A DNA stretch of 64,000 nucleotides from an uncultured Gemmatimonadales bacterium. GTDB lineage: Bacteria; Gemmatimonadota; Gemmatimonadetes; Gemmatimonadales; GWC2-71-9. Position numbers and translations under genes: made by a program. Location: contig CAWGSK010000013.1 in the NCBI GenBank assembly GCA_963825055.1, forward strand, positions 263,172 through 327,171. The letters run 5' to 3'. Below, one piece after another: positions 31,087 to 41,565 of this stretch (position 1 is its first letter; every line of letters starts with the position of its first letter). The notes beneath the pieces were generated by a model that worked only from the letters and a program-made list of their open reading frames with translations, searched no databases and was not told where the DNA came from.

Positions 31087-32352
31087 TCACCCCTTCCGCT
31101 GAATGGACCGGAACACGCCGGCGAAGTCGGGAAAGCTCACCAGGGCGGCATCGGGGTCGTCCACCCGGACGCGCGCCCCATCGACCATGGCGAGCGTCGC
31201 GAACGCCATCGCCAGCCGGTGGTCCCCGGCTGTCCGGACCCGGCCGCGAAGCGGCTCGTCCCCGCCCTGAACCACCAGGTCCTCCCCCTGGACCTCGGCC
31301 TGCCCGCCAAGCCGTCGCAGGTTGTCCGCGATCAGTTCCAGCCGGTTGCTCTCCTTGACCCGCAGTTCACCAACCTGCCGGAACCGGCTCGTCCCCCGCG
31401 CCCGGCTGGCGAGGACCGCCAGCATCGGAATCTCGTCAATCAGGGCGGGAATCTCCTCCGGTCCGACGGTGGTCGCCTCGAGGCCGGACGGCCGGACGAG
31501 CAGGTCTCCCACCGGCTCGCCGCCATCCTCGTGCTGATTCTCCGCCGTCACTGCGGCGCCCATCCGCCTCACGACGTCCAGGAACCCCGTGCGCGTGGGG
31601 TTGAGGCCGACGCCCCGGATTCGCAGTTCCCCGCCGGAGGCGAGCAGGGCCGCTCCCACGAGGAAGGCCGCCGAACTCGGGTCGCCCGGCACCTGGAGGT
31701 CGAACGGCGTGATGCGACCCCCCGGCAGGAAGTGAATCCTGCCCGCACGCTCCTCGATCGCAAACCCGAATGCCCGGAGCATACGCTCGGTGTGGTCCCT
31801 GGAACGGCCGGACGGCTCGGTCAGGCGGACCGGCACCTCTCCCATCACCCCCGCGAGCAGGAGCGCGCTCTTGATCTGCGCGCTGGAAACGGGCAGGTCG
31901 TACTCGAGGGGCCGCAGCCGGCCACCCCGCACGGTGAGCGGGAGATGATCAGGGTCCGGGCCCGCGAACCGGGCGCCCATCGTGGTGAGCGGGTCGGTGA
32001 CCCGCCGCATCGGCCGGCGCCGGAGCGACCCGTCGCCCGTGAGACGGGCGGCAAACGGATGGGCAGCGAGCGCGCCCAGGAGCAGGCGGGCGGTCGTGCC
32101 GGAGTTCCGGCAGTGCAGCGTACTCCCGGGTTTGCGGAAGCGGCGATGCCCGGAGATGCGGACCACCTGCCCTTCGCGGAGGGGGCTCACGTCGGCGCCC
32201 AGCTGCCGCAGCACGCGGGCCGAGGCGCGGGCATCCAGTGACGTCAGCGCGCCGCCGAGGTGGGAGGTGCCCGGCGCCAGCGCGGCGAAGAGCAGGGCCC
32301 GGTGCGTGATGCTCTTGTCGCCGGGCACCCGGACCTCTCCCGCGACGATCAC
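31087..32352 (-). CDS. aroA: 3-phosphoshikimate 1-carboxyvinyltransferase
   Basis: PGDKSITHR, NSGTT, SSAQIKS, RDHTERM, ELRVKES, DHRLAM. Confidence 0.97.
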   Translation of the reverse strand: MIVAGEVRVPGDKSITHRALLFAALAPGTSHLGGALTSLDARASARVLRQLGADVSPLREGQVVRISGHRRFRKPGSTLHCRNSGTTARLLLGALAAHPFAARLTGDGSLRRRPMRRVTDPLTTMGARFAGPDPDHLPLTVRGGRLRPLEYDLPVSSAQIKSALLLAGVMGEVPVRLTEPSGRSRDHTERMLRAFGFAIEERAGRIHFLPGGRITPFDLQVPGDPSSAAFLVGAALLASGGELRIRGVGLNPTRTGFLDVVRRMGAAVTAENQHEDGGEPVGDLLVRPSGLEATTVGPEEIPALIDEIPMLAVLASRARGTSRFRQVGELRVKESNRLELIADNLRRLGGQAEVQGEDLVVQGGDEPLRGRVRTAGDHRLAMAFATLAMVDGARVRVDDPDAALVSFPDFAGVFRSIQRKG

Positions 32353-33194
32353 TCGGGCAGCCTCCGCCGGAACCCGGCGCCCCGTTCCAGGAACTCCCGG
32401 AGCCCGGTACGGTCGCCCCGGGCCACGAGGCCCCGGAGGCGCTCCAGCTGCTCGCCCGTGCCGGCCAGCGCCTGGTCGAGCGCATGGGCGTTCTGCAGGA
32501 AGACCTCGGTCCAGAACTCGGGGCTTCCGGCGGCCGGGCGGGTAGTATCGCGTGCGCCCGGGCCGAACGTCGCCCCGGCCGAGCCGCTCGCTTCGAGGGA
32601 GACCGCAAGCGCGCTGGCGACGGCCTGGGGGAGGTGGCTGGTCCAGGCGAGCTGGCGGTCGTGGGCCTCTGCGTCGATCAGCACCGGGTGGGCCTCGAGA
32701 CAGCTCTCCCAGAAATCCATGACTTCCCGTGCGGCCTGGTCGCCCTCGGCGCCGGTGGGGCAGACATACACGACCGCGCCACGAAACCGGTCGGGGCGCG
32801 CCCCGTCGAAGCCCGGCACCTCCGTGCCCGCCATGGGATGGCCACCCGCAAAGCGCTCCGCCATACCCGCCGTCCGCGCGGCATCGAGCATGGGCGCCTT
32901 CACGCTCCCGACATCACTCATCAGTGCGGCGGCGGGCAGGCGCCGGGCAAGTCTCGCCACCAGCGCGAGGTTTGCCTCGGGGGACGCGGCCAGCACCACC
33001 AGATCCGAGTCCCGCACGGCCTTGGCCAGGGTGTCCGCCAGGTCACTGATGGCCCCGGCCTTGAGGGCACGGTGACCATCGGCGGGGCGGTCGGCGTAAC
33101 CGATCACGCGGCGCACGCCGGCGCGACGCGCCTGCCAGGCGATCGAGCCGCCGATCGCGCCGAGTCCGATGACGGTGAGTGTGTCGGGCCGCAT
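32349..33194 (-). CDS. tyrA: Prephenate/arogenate dehydrogenase
   Basis: GLGAIGGS, DVGSVK, GGHPMAGTE, HD..TSHLP, RDTTR. Confidence 0.9.
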   Translation of the reverse strand: MRPDTLTVIGLGAIGGSIAWQARRAGVRRVIGYADRPADGHRALKAGAISDLADTLAKAVRDSDLVVLAASPEANLALVARLARRLPAAALMSDVGSVKAPMLDAARTAGMAERFAGGHPMAGTEVPGFDGARPDRFRGAVVYVCPTGAEGDQAAREVMDFWESCLEAHPVLIDAEAHDRQLAWTSHLPQAVASALAVSLEASGSAGATFGPGARDTTRPAAGSPEFWTEVFLQNAHALDQALAGTGEQLERLRGLVARGDRTGLREFLERGAGFRRRLPE

Positions 33195-33253
33195 CACGAG
33201 GTGGAAGAGGAGGAAACCGTCGGGCGGGAGCCCTCGTCCAATTGCAAAGTTGC

Positions 33254-33262
33254 TGATATAAT
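33254..33262 (+). promoter_or_regulatory. Extended -10 promoter element
   Basis: TGaTATAAT in an AT-rich divergent gap upstream of the response regulator. Confidence 0.5.
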
Positions 33263-33350
33263 GGTACTTAGGTGTGAAGTTCACCTCAATGGACATTACC
33301 GCCTGCGCGGCGGCCGTACTCCGTCCGGCACCCGAACGTCACGAGGCCCG

Positions 33351-33728
33351 GTGGCACGTCTGCTGATCGTCGAAGACAGCCCGGACAACATGAAGCTCTT
33401 CCAGGCGGTGCTCCGGATGCGCGGGCACGTCCTCCGCGCACTGACCAGTGGCGAAGGCCTGCTCGAGGCCATCCGCGAGGAAGAGCCGGAGCTCATCCTC
33501 ATGGACATCCAGCTCCCTGGCCGGGACGGCTTTGCCCTGCTCCAGGAAATCCGTGAGGGGGGCTATCCCGATCTGCGGGTGGTCGCGCTGACGGCACACG
33601 CCATGTCCGGCGACCGGGAGCGCGCGCTGCAGTCCGGGTTCAACGGATACATCACCAAACCGATCGACGTGCGTCGCTTTCCCGATCAGATCACGCGGGC
33701 GCTCGCCGATGAGCGGGTGACGGACTGA
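33351..33728 (+). CDS. Single-domain response regulator (DivK/CheY-like)
   Basis: LIVEDSPDN, LILMDIQLPGRDG, VALTAHAM, GYITKP. Confidence 0.92.
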   Translation: MARLLIVEDSPDNMKLFQAVLRMRGHVLRALTSGEGLLEAIREEEPELILMDIQLPGRDGFALLQEIREGGYPDLRVVALTAHAMSGDRERALQSGFNGYITKPIDVRRFPDQITRALADERVTD

Positions 33729-33744
33729 GCCAGGGAACCCTGAC

Positions 33745-34251
33745 ATGACCGGACCGCACGATGCGAAACGCTCGACGGACGCTGAACGCCGGCGCCTGCT
33801 GGAGGAATTCAGCACCGCGCGGCGCGCGCGAAACGACGAGTGGGAGGCGCGCCGCCGGAATGCGGGTCGCGCAGCCCGCGCCGCGCGGCTGGTGGTTGCC
33901 CTGGCCCTCGGTGCCGTACTGACCTGGCTGCTCGTGTCGCCGCCCGCGTGGGTCCACCCTCCCGTGGCGGAGCCGGTGCCGCCGGCGGTGACCGAGGCGG
34001 GGCTCCGGCTGGCCATGTTCATCCAGGCGCAGCAGCTCGAGGGCTTCCGGCGCGAGCGGGGGCACCTGCCGGCCAGCCTGGAGGAGACCGGGGAAGCCGT
34101 GGAGGGCCTCCGATACTCCACCGTCGCCCCGGACGGATGGGAACTCTCCGGCGGCCCGCCGGGGGCTGAGATCCGCCTTCACTCGGGCGACCCGCTGGAC
34201 ACCTTCCTGGGAAACAGCATGACCGTCCTGCAACCGGCCCGGCGTCCATGA
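33745..34251 (+). CDS. Hypothetical membrane-anchored protein
   Basis: One TM segment; FRRERGHLPASL resembles pseudopilin-like proteins; stop overlaps the next start. Confidence 0.7.
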   Translation: MTGPHDAKRSTDAERRRLLEEFSTARRARNDEWEARRRNAGRAARAARLVVALALGAVLTWLLVSPPAWVHPPVAEPVPPAVTEAGLRLAMFIQAQQLEGFRRERGHLPASLEETGEAVEGLRYSTVAPDGWELSGGPPGAEIRLHSGDPLDTFLGNSMTVLQPARRP

Positions 34252-34718
34252 GCGCTCGGCGCGGCTTCACGATTCTCGAGATCCTGATCGTCATGCTGAT
34301 CATCGGGATTGTCGCGACGATCGCCCTCCCGCGCTATCACAATCTCCGCCAGCGGGCGGAGGCGGCGCGAGTCGCCGGGGATTTCCATGCGGTCAAGATC
34401 GCCGCGTACGGCTATCATGCATCCACCGGCAAGTGGCCCGCCGAACAGGGGCCCGGCATCGTGCCACCCGAACTGGTGCCTGAACTGGACGCAGGCTTCA
34501 GCTTCGTCAAGCCCGGCTACACGCTCGACTACGAAAACTGGATCCTGCCGAGTGGCCTGCCCCAGTTCCCCGGACGGCAGATCGTCCTCGGCCTGACCGT
34601 GACCACACCCGACTCGATCCTGGACTTTGCCATCGAGAACGTCCTCGGGTCCAGGACCGTGCACTTCGACCAGGGGAATTCGCACACGTATCTCATCCTG
34701 GAAGAGGGCGCGAACTGA
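34248..34718 (+). CDS. Prepilin-type N-terminal cleavage/methylation protein
   Basis: RRGFTILEILIVMLIIGIVATIALP. Confidence 0.92.
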   Translation: MSARRGFTILEILIVMLIIGIVATIALPRYHNLRQRAEAARVAGDFHAVKIAAYGYHASTGKWPAEQGPGIVPPELVPELDAGFSFVKPGYTLDYENWILPSGLPQFPGRQIVLGLTVTTPDSILDFAIENVLGSRTVHFDQGNSHTYLILEEGAN

Positions 34719-34730
34719 GAACAGCAGCGA

Positions 34731-34779
34731 GTGGCAAGTGGCAAGTGGGGAGTAGAGAGTAGAGAGTAGGGAGTAGAGG
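34731..34779. repeat. Heptamer tandem repeat with drifting units
   Basis: gtggcaa x2, gtgggga, gtagaga x2, gtaggga, gtagagg. Confidence 0.9.
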
Positions 34780-34825
34780 CAGGCGACGGCCCGGCATCCT
34801 GTCGCGATTAACCCCCGGAGTCCCA

Positions 34826-37800
34826 TTGACCGACGAGCGCGACCTCGAAGTCCGCCTGCAGGCCGTCATCGGCGGCCAGTACCGCATCGTGCGGGAGCTG
34901 GGCGGCGGGGGCATGAGCCGTGTCTTCCTGGCTGATGAGGTCGAGCTTGGCCGCCAGGTCGTCATCAAGGTCCTTCCACCAGAGATGGCCGCCGGCGTCA
35001 GCGTGGACCGCTTCCGGCGGGAGATCCTGCTCGCAGCCAGTCTGCAGCATCCGCACGTCGTCCCGCTCCTCTCCGCGGGCGCATCGGGGGACCTGCTCTA
35101 CTACATCATGCCGTACATCGACGGCGAGTCCCTCCGCCAGAAGCTCGAGCGCGAGGGGGAACTGCCCGTTGGTGAGGTAGTACGTATCCTCCGCGAGGTC
35201 GTGGACGCGCTGGAGTACGCCCACAGTCGCGGCATCGTGCACCGCGACATCAAGCCCGAGAACGTGATGCTGGCCCGGAAGCACGCCCTGGTCACGGACT
35301 TCGGCGTGGCCAAGGCCGTGGCCGAGAGCGGCAAGCACTCCCTCACCTCGATGGGCGTGGCCCTCGGCACACCGACCTATATGGCGCCCGAGCAGGCCAG
35401 CGCCGACCCGCACACCGACCACCGCGCCGACATCTACGCCGTCGGCGTCATGGCCTACGAGATGCTCTGCGGCCGGCCACCCTTCGTGGGGAACAACCCG
35501 CAGTCCGTGCTGGCCGCGCACGTCACCCAGGCGCCGGACCCGATCGCCGCCCATCGGCAGACCGTCCCCGAGGGCCTCCAGGCCATCATCATGCGTTGCC
35601 TGGAGAAGCGCGCGGCCGACCGCTGGCAGAGCGCGGACGACCTGGCTCCGGCGCTCGAGGGCTACGCGGTCTCCAGCGGCGGGATCACGCCTACCGGAAC
35701 TCGTCCGGTGGAGGCCGTTGCCACGGCGCCCCGCAGCGCTCCCGGTGCGCGTCCGCTTCGGGTGGCCATCCTGTTCGGCCTGTCCGCGGCAGTGGTCCTC
35801 GCCCTCGTCTTCCTCGCGGTGCAATGGGTCGGGCTCCCGGACTGGGTGATGCTGGCGGCGGGTATCCTGCTGGCGGCGGGCCTCCCGATCATGCTGCTGA
35901 CCGGGCACGTCGAGCGGAAGCGCGTCACCTCGCATACTCCGAGCGCCGGCCGGGCAGGCTGGAGACGGCTCTTCACCTGGAAGCGCGCGGTGCTGGGCGG
36001 CGTCGGCGCATTCGTGGTGCTGGCGCTCGCGGTCGGCGGCTACATGGCGATGCGCTCGCTCGGTATCGGCCCGGTCGGCACCCTGATGGCGTCCGGCGCC
36101 ATCGGCGACCGGGACCGCCTCGTGCTGGCGGACTTCACGAACCGGACCTCCGATTCCACGCTCGCCCGCTCCGTCACTGAGGCGTTGCGGATCGATCTGG
36201 CCCAGTCACCGGTGATCCGGCTGCTCGACCCGGCCGATATCTCGGCGGCCCTGACCCGGATGCAGCGCAGCACGGACAGCCCGATGGACCTGGCGCTCGC
36301 GCGGGAGATTGCCGAGCGTGAAGGAGCCAAGGCCATCGTGACCGGCGAGATCAGCCCGGTGGGCGAGGGCTACGTCCTCTCGGCCACGATTCTCTCGAGT
36401 GAGGATGGCGCCGTGCTGGTGGCGCAGCGGGAGACCGCGGAGAACCCGGGCGCGCTCATTGCTGCCATTGACCGACTCTCCGGCAAGCTCCGCGAGCGGA
36501 TCGGCGAGTCGCTCAAGAGCATCCGGGACGCGGAGCCACTGGAGGACGTGAGCACGGCATCACTCGAGGCGCTGGAGCGCTATACCCAGGCCATTCGCCT
36601 CGAGGCCCGGGGCGACGCCCCGGCCGCCATCGGGTTGCTCGAAGAGGCGACAAGCATCGACACGGCATTCGCGATGGCATGGCGCAAGCTCGCGGTCATC
36701 CGTGCAAACTCCGCGGGCAGCCAGGACGCCGTGGTGGACGCGGCCAGCCGGGCATTCGTGCACCGGGAACGTCTCCCCCGGAAGGAACGCTACCTGGCTG
36801 AAGGCTATTACTACTCCACGGTGGACTACCAGCCGGAGCGGGTCATCGCAGCCTATCGTTCCCTGCTGGACATCGACCCGGAAAACAACACCGCCCTCAA
36901 CAACCTCTCGATCGAATATGGCAATCGACGGGAGTTCGCTACGGCTGAGTCGCTGCTGACCCGTGCCGCCGCCGTTGACAACCACTGGACCGGATACGCC
37001 AACCTGATGCAGGCGAAGCTGGCCCTGGGGAAGGTGGATGAGGCACGGAATGTCCTGGAGCGCTACGCCGCCATTGCTCCCGGGTCAGACCCGCTCACGC
37101 GGATGCGGATGATCCTTGCCGCCTGGCAGGACGATGGGGACAGCGCGGAAGCCTTCGCGCGCGAACTCGAGGCGTCCGACGACCCCGGACAGCGATTCAT
37201 CGCCGGCTACAACCAGGCGGCACGCGCCGAACTCCATGGCCGGCTCACGGATGCCGACGATCAGTTGCGGCAAATCATGAGCCGGGAAGAGGCCCGAGAC
37301 AACGCCCGGACGTACTCGGCACCTCGGTGGAACGCGCCATGCTCCGCATCAGGCTCATGGACGACACCGCCACGGCGCGACGCCATGTCGCCGAAGCGCT
37401 GGCGCGCTATCCGCTCGACAGCCTGCCGCCGGCCAACCGCCCCTACACGCCGCTGGCACGGTTCTACACGATGATCGGCGACACATCCCGGAGTGTCGCG
37501 CTCCTCCGGGAGTACGCGCGCGCCGTCCCGGAAGGTCTCCGCCGGGCAGAACGCGGCGCTGCCTTCCGCCGAGGCTGACCTCGCCATGGCGCGTGGCCGG
37601 CCGCTGGAGGCGGTGCAGTTGTATCGCGAACGGACGGACATCAACTGCTTCTTCTGTGACGAAGCCGCCGCCGCCAGGGCCTGGGAAGCGGCCGGCGAAC
37701 GCGACTCGGCGGCGGTCGAGCTCGAACGGCTCGTCCAGCGGCGGGATCCGTTGTGGTACCTCAACAACCGCCAGACACTCGCACCGGCCCATCGCTGGCT

Positions 37801-37951
37801 CGGCGGATACTACGAAGACCGGGACCCGGCAAAGGCCCTCGAGCACTACCGGAGCTTTCTGGATCTCTGGTCCTCGGCCGATCCATCGCTCCTGCCCCAG
37901 ATCAATGACGTGAAGAGGCGGGTGGCGAGGCTGACCGGGGAGAGGCAGTAG
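34826..37951 (+). CDS. Membrane Ser/Thr protein kinase with TPR region (apparent frameshifts near 37320 and 37545)
   Basis: LGGGGMS, HRDIKPEN, DFG, GTPTYMAPEQ, TM helices, TPR-like C-terminus spread over three frames. Confidence 0.88.
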
Positions 37952-38094
37952 CAGTAGGGAGTAGGAAGTAGCAAGTAGCAAGTGGGGCTCGTGTGGCCGC
38001 CGGCCCTGCTTCACTGCCCAGTGCGCTATGTCCGACTACCTACTATCGACTGCCGACTCCCTACTCCCTACTGCCTACTCCCTGCTCCCCCTGC
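37948..38094. repeat. Inverted heptamer arms between convergent genes
   Basis: gtaggga gtaggaa gtagcaa gtagcaa at 37954-37981 versus tacctac..tccctac tccctac tgcctac at 38037-38085. Confidence 0.88.
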
Positions 38095-38103
38095 TCTCCC
38101 CCT

Positions 38104-38907
38104 TCAACCTCTCCCTCCCCTCCTCCAGCTCCGCCTCATCAGCTTCGGAAATTTCGGACCCATCCGCTGCAATGTCTCCAGGATCACCTCCGCCACCAGC
38201 ACGTCCCGCGCGGGCTTATCGTCCGCCGGCACCAGGTACCACGGTGCCGTTGGCGTACTGCAGCGGTTCAGGATGTCCAGGTAGGCCTCGTCGTACTCCT
38301 CCCAGAGCGCCCGTTCCTTCAGGTCATCCCGGTTGAACTTCCAGTTCTTGGACGGCTTGTCCAGCCGCTTGAGCAGGCGGTCGCGCTGCTCCTCCCGGCT
38401 CACGTGGAGATAGAACTTGATGATGGCGACCCCACTCGCCGAAAGCATCTCCTCGAACGCGTTGATCTGTTCATAGCGGGGCTGCCATACCGCCTCCGGT
38501 ACCAGGTTGTGGACTCGTACGACGAGCACATCCTCGTAGTGGGAGCGGTTGAACACGCCGATCATCCCCTTTGCCGGCACGGCCGCATGGATCCGCCAGA
38601 GATAATCGTGCGCCAGCTCTTCGGTTGACGGCGCCTTGAAGCTGGTGACCCGGACCCCCTGCGGATTGAGCGGGCCGAACACCTTGCGGATGCAGCCGTC
38701 TTTCCCTCCCGCGTCCCGGGCCTGGAACACCACCAGGAGCGACCGCCGGCCTTCGGCATACAGGGCCTGCTGCAGGTCGTCGACCTTCTCCGTCAGATTG
38801 TCCAGCCGTTCGCGCAGGTCCTTCTTCCCGCTGTCCGCCAGGGGCGAACGCGCCATTTCACCGGTGAGTTCCGGGACGGGGCTGGTGACGGGATGGAGAA
38901 TGGGCAT
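38104..38907 (-). CDS. ppk2: Polyphosphate kinase 2 family protein
   Basis: QARDAGGKDG, FKAPS..EELAHDYLWR, FNRSHYEDVL, WKF, APWYLVPAD. Confidence 0.92.
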   Translation of the reverse strand: MPILHPVTSPVPELTGEMARSPLADSGKKDLRERLDNLTEKVDDLQQALYAEGRRSLLVVFQARDAGGKDGCIRKVFGPLNPQGVRVTSFKAPSTEELAHDYLWRIHAAVPAKGMIGVFNRSHYEDVLVVRVHNLVPEAVWQPRYEQINAFEEMLSASGVAIIKFYLHVSREEQRDRLLKRLDKPSKNWKFNRDDLKERALWEEYDEAYLDILNRCSTPTAPWYLVPADDKPARDVLVAEVILETLQRMGPKFPKLMRRSWRRGGRG

Positions 38908-38908
38908 G

Positions 38909-38936
38909 GGGTATCGGGTATCGGGTATCGGGTATC
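38909..38936. repeat. (GGGTATC)x4 immediately upstream of the ppk2 start
   Basis: Perfect heptamer repeat. Confidence 0.92.
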
Positions 38937-39005
38937 GGAAGACAGGTTCTCCCGGGAGCCGTCAAGGCCCGGGGGATCTGCTGTCGGGATTGAACGCGGC
39001 GGCAG

Positions 39006-39471
39006 TCACCAGATCTCTCCGCAGCCCTCCCGGCGGAACGTGTCGCTGACGTTCAGGATCTTCCACGCCCCGTTCCGGCGCACCAGGTGGAAGGCGTCAG
39101 TGCCGCAGTGACTCAACTTCCCCTCGATCACCACCTGGTATTCCGTCCAGACGGTGGCCAGCGGGCCGTCCACCTGGACGACCGGGTTCCGGATACGCTC
39201 GTCGATGGTCGGATGGCCGGCCGCGAGAGCGCCTCGACGAACTGGGTACCGGTGAGCACGGCGACCGCAGGCCCTCCGGCGTGGGCCGGCGAAGGGTAAA
39301 CCGCGCCGCACTGTCCATCGCAGCGGCCATGGCGACAGTGTCCCTGGCCCTCATGGCATCGAACAGCGAATGGACCGCTCCGAGGACTTCGGATTCGGCA
39401 GACTGTGCCGCCACGGGCCCGGCCGGCAGCAGGCCGGCCAGAATGACGAGGAGAGACAGTGGACGAGCCAT
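39006..39471 (-). CDS. Exported NTF2/SnoaL-like protein (two apparent frameshifts)
   Basis: Signal peptide, LFDAMRARD; C-terminal DGPLATVWTEY..SHCGTDAFHLVRRNGAWKI in another frame. Confidence 0.75.
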
Positions 39472-39780
39472 GGTACCCCCAGGGGAGGAGTTGGCGGAAG
39501 GACAGGTTCGGTCTCATACGAACACCAGCCCGCACGGTTTCCGCCAGACCTGCGTCCATATCTTCGTACATCACCCTGATCGGGCGGCCCATCCTCGTGT
39601 CCTGGGCCGCCCGTTGCCGCCTGCTGCCTGCCCCGTCCCATCCTCTCTTCATCCCCCCTTCACCACCCCTTCACCTTCGTTCTGCTCCCTTGTACATCCA
39701 ACAAGCCCCCGCGTACACTTCAAGTGTGGTGGATGGGAGGGGGAGCGGCGGGATCCTCAAGCCTCTGTGCCGGAGCCGTA

Positions 39781-41565
39781 ATGCAGCCGACCGACGTGAC
39801 ACGGCCTTCATACTTCCATAAAGTGGTCGATTGCCAGTGGGCCTGCCCGGCGCACACCAACGTGCCGGAGTACATCCGCCTGATCGCCCAGGGCCGTTAT
39901 ACCGACGCCTACCTGCTGAACCGCGAATCGAACGTCTTCCCCGGCATCCTCGGCCGTACCTGCGACCGCCCCTGCGAACCCGCCTGCCGGCGCGGCCGGG
40001 TAGACGGCAAGCCGGTGGCCATCTGCCGCCTCAAGCGCGTGGCGGCCGACCTTCGGGGAGAGATCGGCGACCAGCTGCCGCGCGCCCCGGCGGAGAAGAA
40101 CGGCCGGCGCGTGGCGTGCGTCGGCGCCGGCCCCGCCTCGCTCGCCGTCGCCAACGACCTGATGCCGCTCGGCTACGAGGTCACCATCTTCGAGAAGCTG
40201 GACCGTCCCGGCGGCCTCATGCGCACGAATATCCCCGCCTTCCGCCTCCCGCCCAAGGTGCTGGACGAGGAGATCGGGATGATCGTGGACATGGGCGTGG
40301 ACGTCCGCTACAGCACGCCTGTCGGGAGCATGGCAAGCCTGCTCGAGGAGGGCTGGGACGCCGTCTTCGTCGGCAGCGGCGCCCCGAGGGGAAAGGAGCT
40401 CGACATTCCCGGCCGGCAGGACTCCGACCGGATCCACATCGGGATCGACTGGCTGGAGTCGGTGCACTTCGGGCACATCACCTCCATCGAGCCGCGGGTC
40501 CTGATCATCGGAGTCGGGAACACGGCGATGGACTGCTGCCGCTCCGCCCGGCGGCTCGGCGCGACGGACATCAAGGTGATGGGGCGCAAGCCGCGCCATC
40601 TCTTCAAGGCTTCCGACTGGGAACTCGAGGACGCCGAGGAGGAGCGGATCGAGATCGTGGAGAACCACGCCCCGGTCCGGTTCGTCTACGAGAACGGCAC
40701 GCTGTCCGGCATGGAATTCGAGCAGGTGTCCTGGCACGAAGGCCCTGACGGTCGCCTGAAGAAGGAGGTGCACGGCACCGTCATCCTCCCGTGCGATGCG
40801 GTGATCCTCGCCATCGGACAGGAGAACGCGTTCCCCTGGATCGAGAGAGACATCGGCATCGAGTTCAACAAGTGGGACATGCCGGTCGTGAACCGCACCA
40901 CCATGCAGTGCAGCCGTTCCGGCGTCTTCTTCGGCGGGGATGCGGCCTGGGGGCCGGAGAACATCATCTGGGCGGTGGCCCACGGGCACGAGGCCGCGCT
41001 CTCCATCCATCTGCACTGCGAGGGCATCCCGCTGGAGGAGCGCCCGCCGCAGGGGATGACCCTCAGCAGCCAGAAGATGGGCCTCCACCAGTGGAGCTAC
41101 AGCAACGACTACAATCCCGCGTCCCGCGCGAAGATGCAGCACGTGGACCTGGTCCGCCGCTTCGAGCGCCTGAACATCGAAGTGGAGCTCGGCTTCGACG
41201 CCGAGCAGACCGCCCGTGAAGTCGAGCGCTGCCTCAACTGCGACATCCAGACCGTCTTCACCGACCGCCTCTGCATCGAGTGTGATGCCTGCATCGACGT
41301 CTGCCCGGTGGATTGCCTGGCGATCACGCCCGACGCCACGGAGGACGAGCTTCGCCTCCGGCTCATCACCCCGGCCACTAACCAGGAGCAGGCCCTGTTC
41401 GCCTCCGGCCCGCTGCCCCAGACCCACCGGCTGATGCTCAAGGACGAGGACCTGTGCGTCCACTGCGGGCTCTGTGCCGAGCGATGCCCCACCGCTGCCT
41501 GGGATATGCAGAGGTTCGATCTCCTTCTTCCCTATGCAGGGACCGCATGCCAGACCGCTCCATAG
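39781..41565 (+). CDS. GltD-like FAD/NAD(P) oxidoreductase with 4Fe-4S domain, copy 1
   Basis: CQWACP, GRTCDRPCEPAC, GAGPAS, GNTAMDC, CIECDACIDVCP, CVHCGLCAERCP. Confidence 0.92.
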   Translation: MQPTDVTRPSYFHKVVDCQWACPAHTNVPEYIRLIAQGRYTDAYLLNRESNVFPGILGRTCDRPCEPACRRGRVDGKPVAICRLKRVAADLRGEIGDQLPRAPAEKNGRRVACVGAGPASLAVANDLMPLGYEVTIFEKLDRPGGLMRTNIPAFRLPPKVLDEEIGMIVDMGVDVRYSTPVGSMASLLEEGWDAVFVGSGAPRGKELDIPGRQDSDRIHIGIDWLESVHFGHITSIEPRVLIIGVGNTAMDCCRSARRLGATDIKVMGRKPRHLFKASDWELEDAEEERIEIVENHAPVRFVYENGTLSGMEFEQVSWHEGPDGRLKKEVHGTVILPCDAVILAIGQENAFPWIERDIGIEFNKWDMPVVNRTTMQCSRSGVFFGGDAAWGPENIIWAVAHGHEAALSIHLHCEGIPLEERPPQGMTLSSQKMGLHQWSYSNDYNPASRAKMQHVDLVRRFERLNIEVELGFDAEQTAREVERCLNCDIQTVFTDRLCIECDACIDVCPVDCLAITPDATEDELRLRLITPATNQEQALFASGPLPQTHRLMLKDEDLCVHCGLCAERCPTAAWDMQRFDLLLPYAGTACQTAP

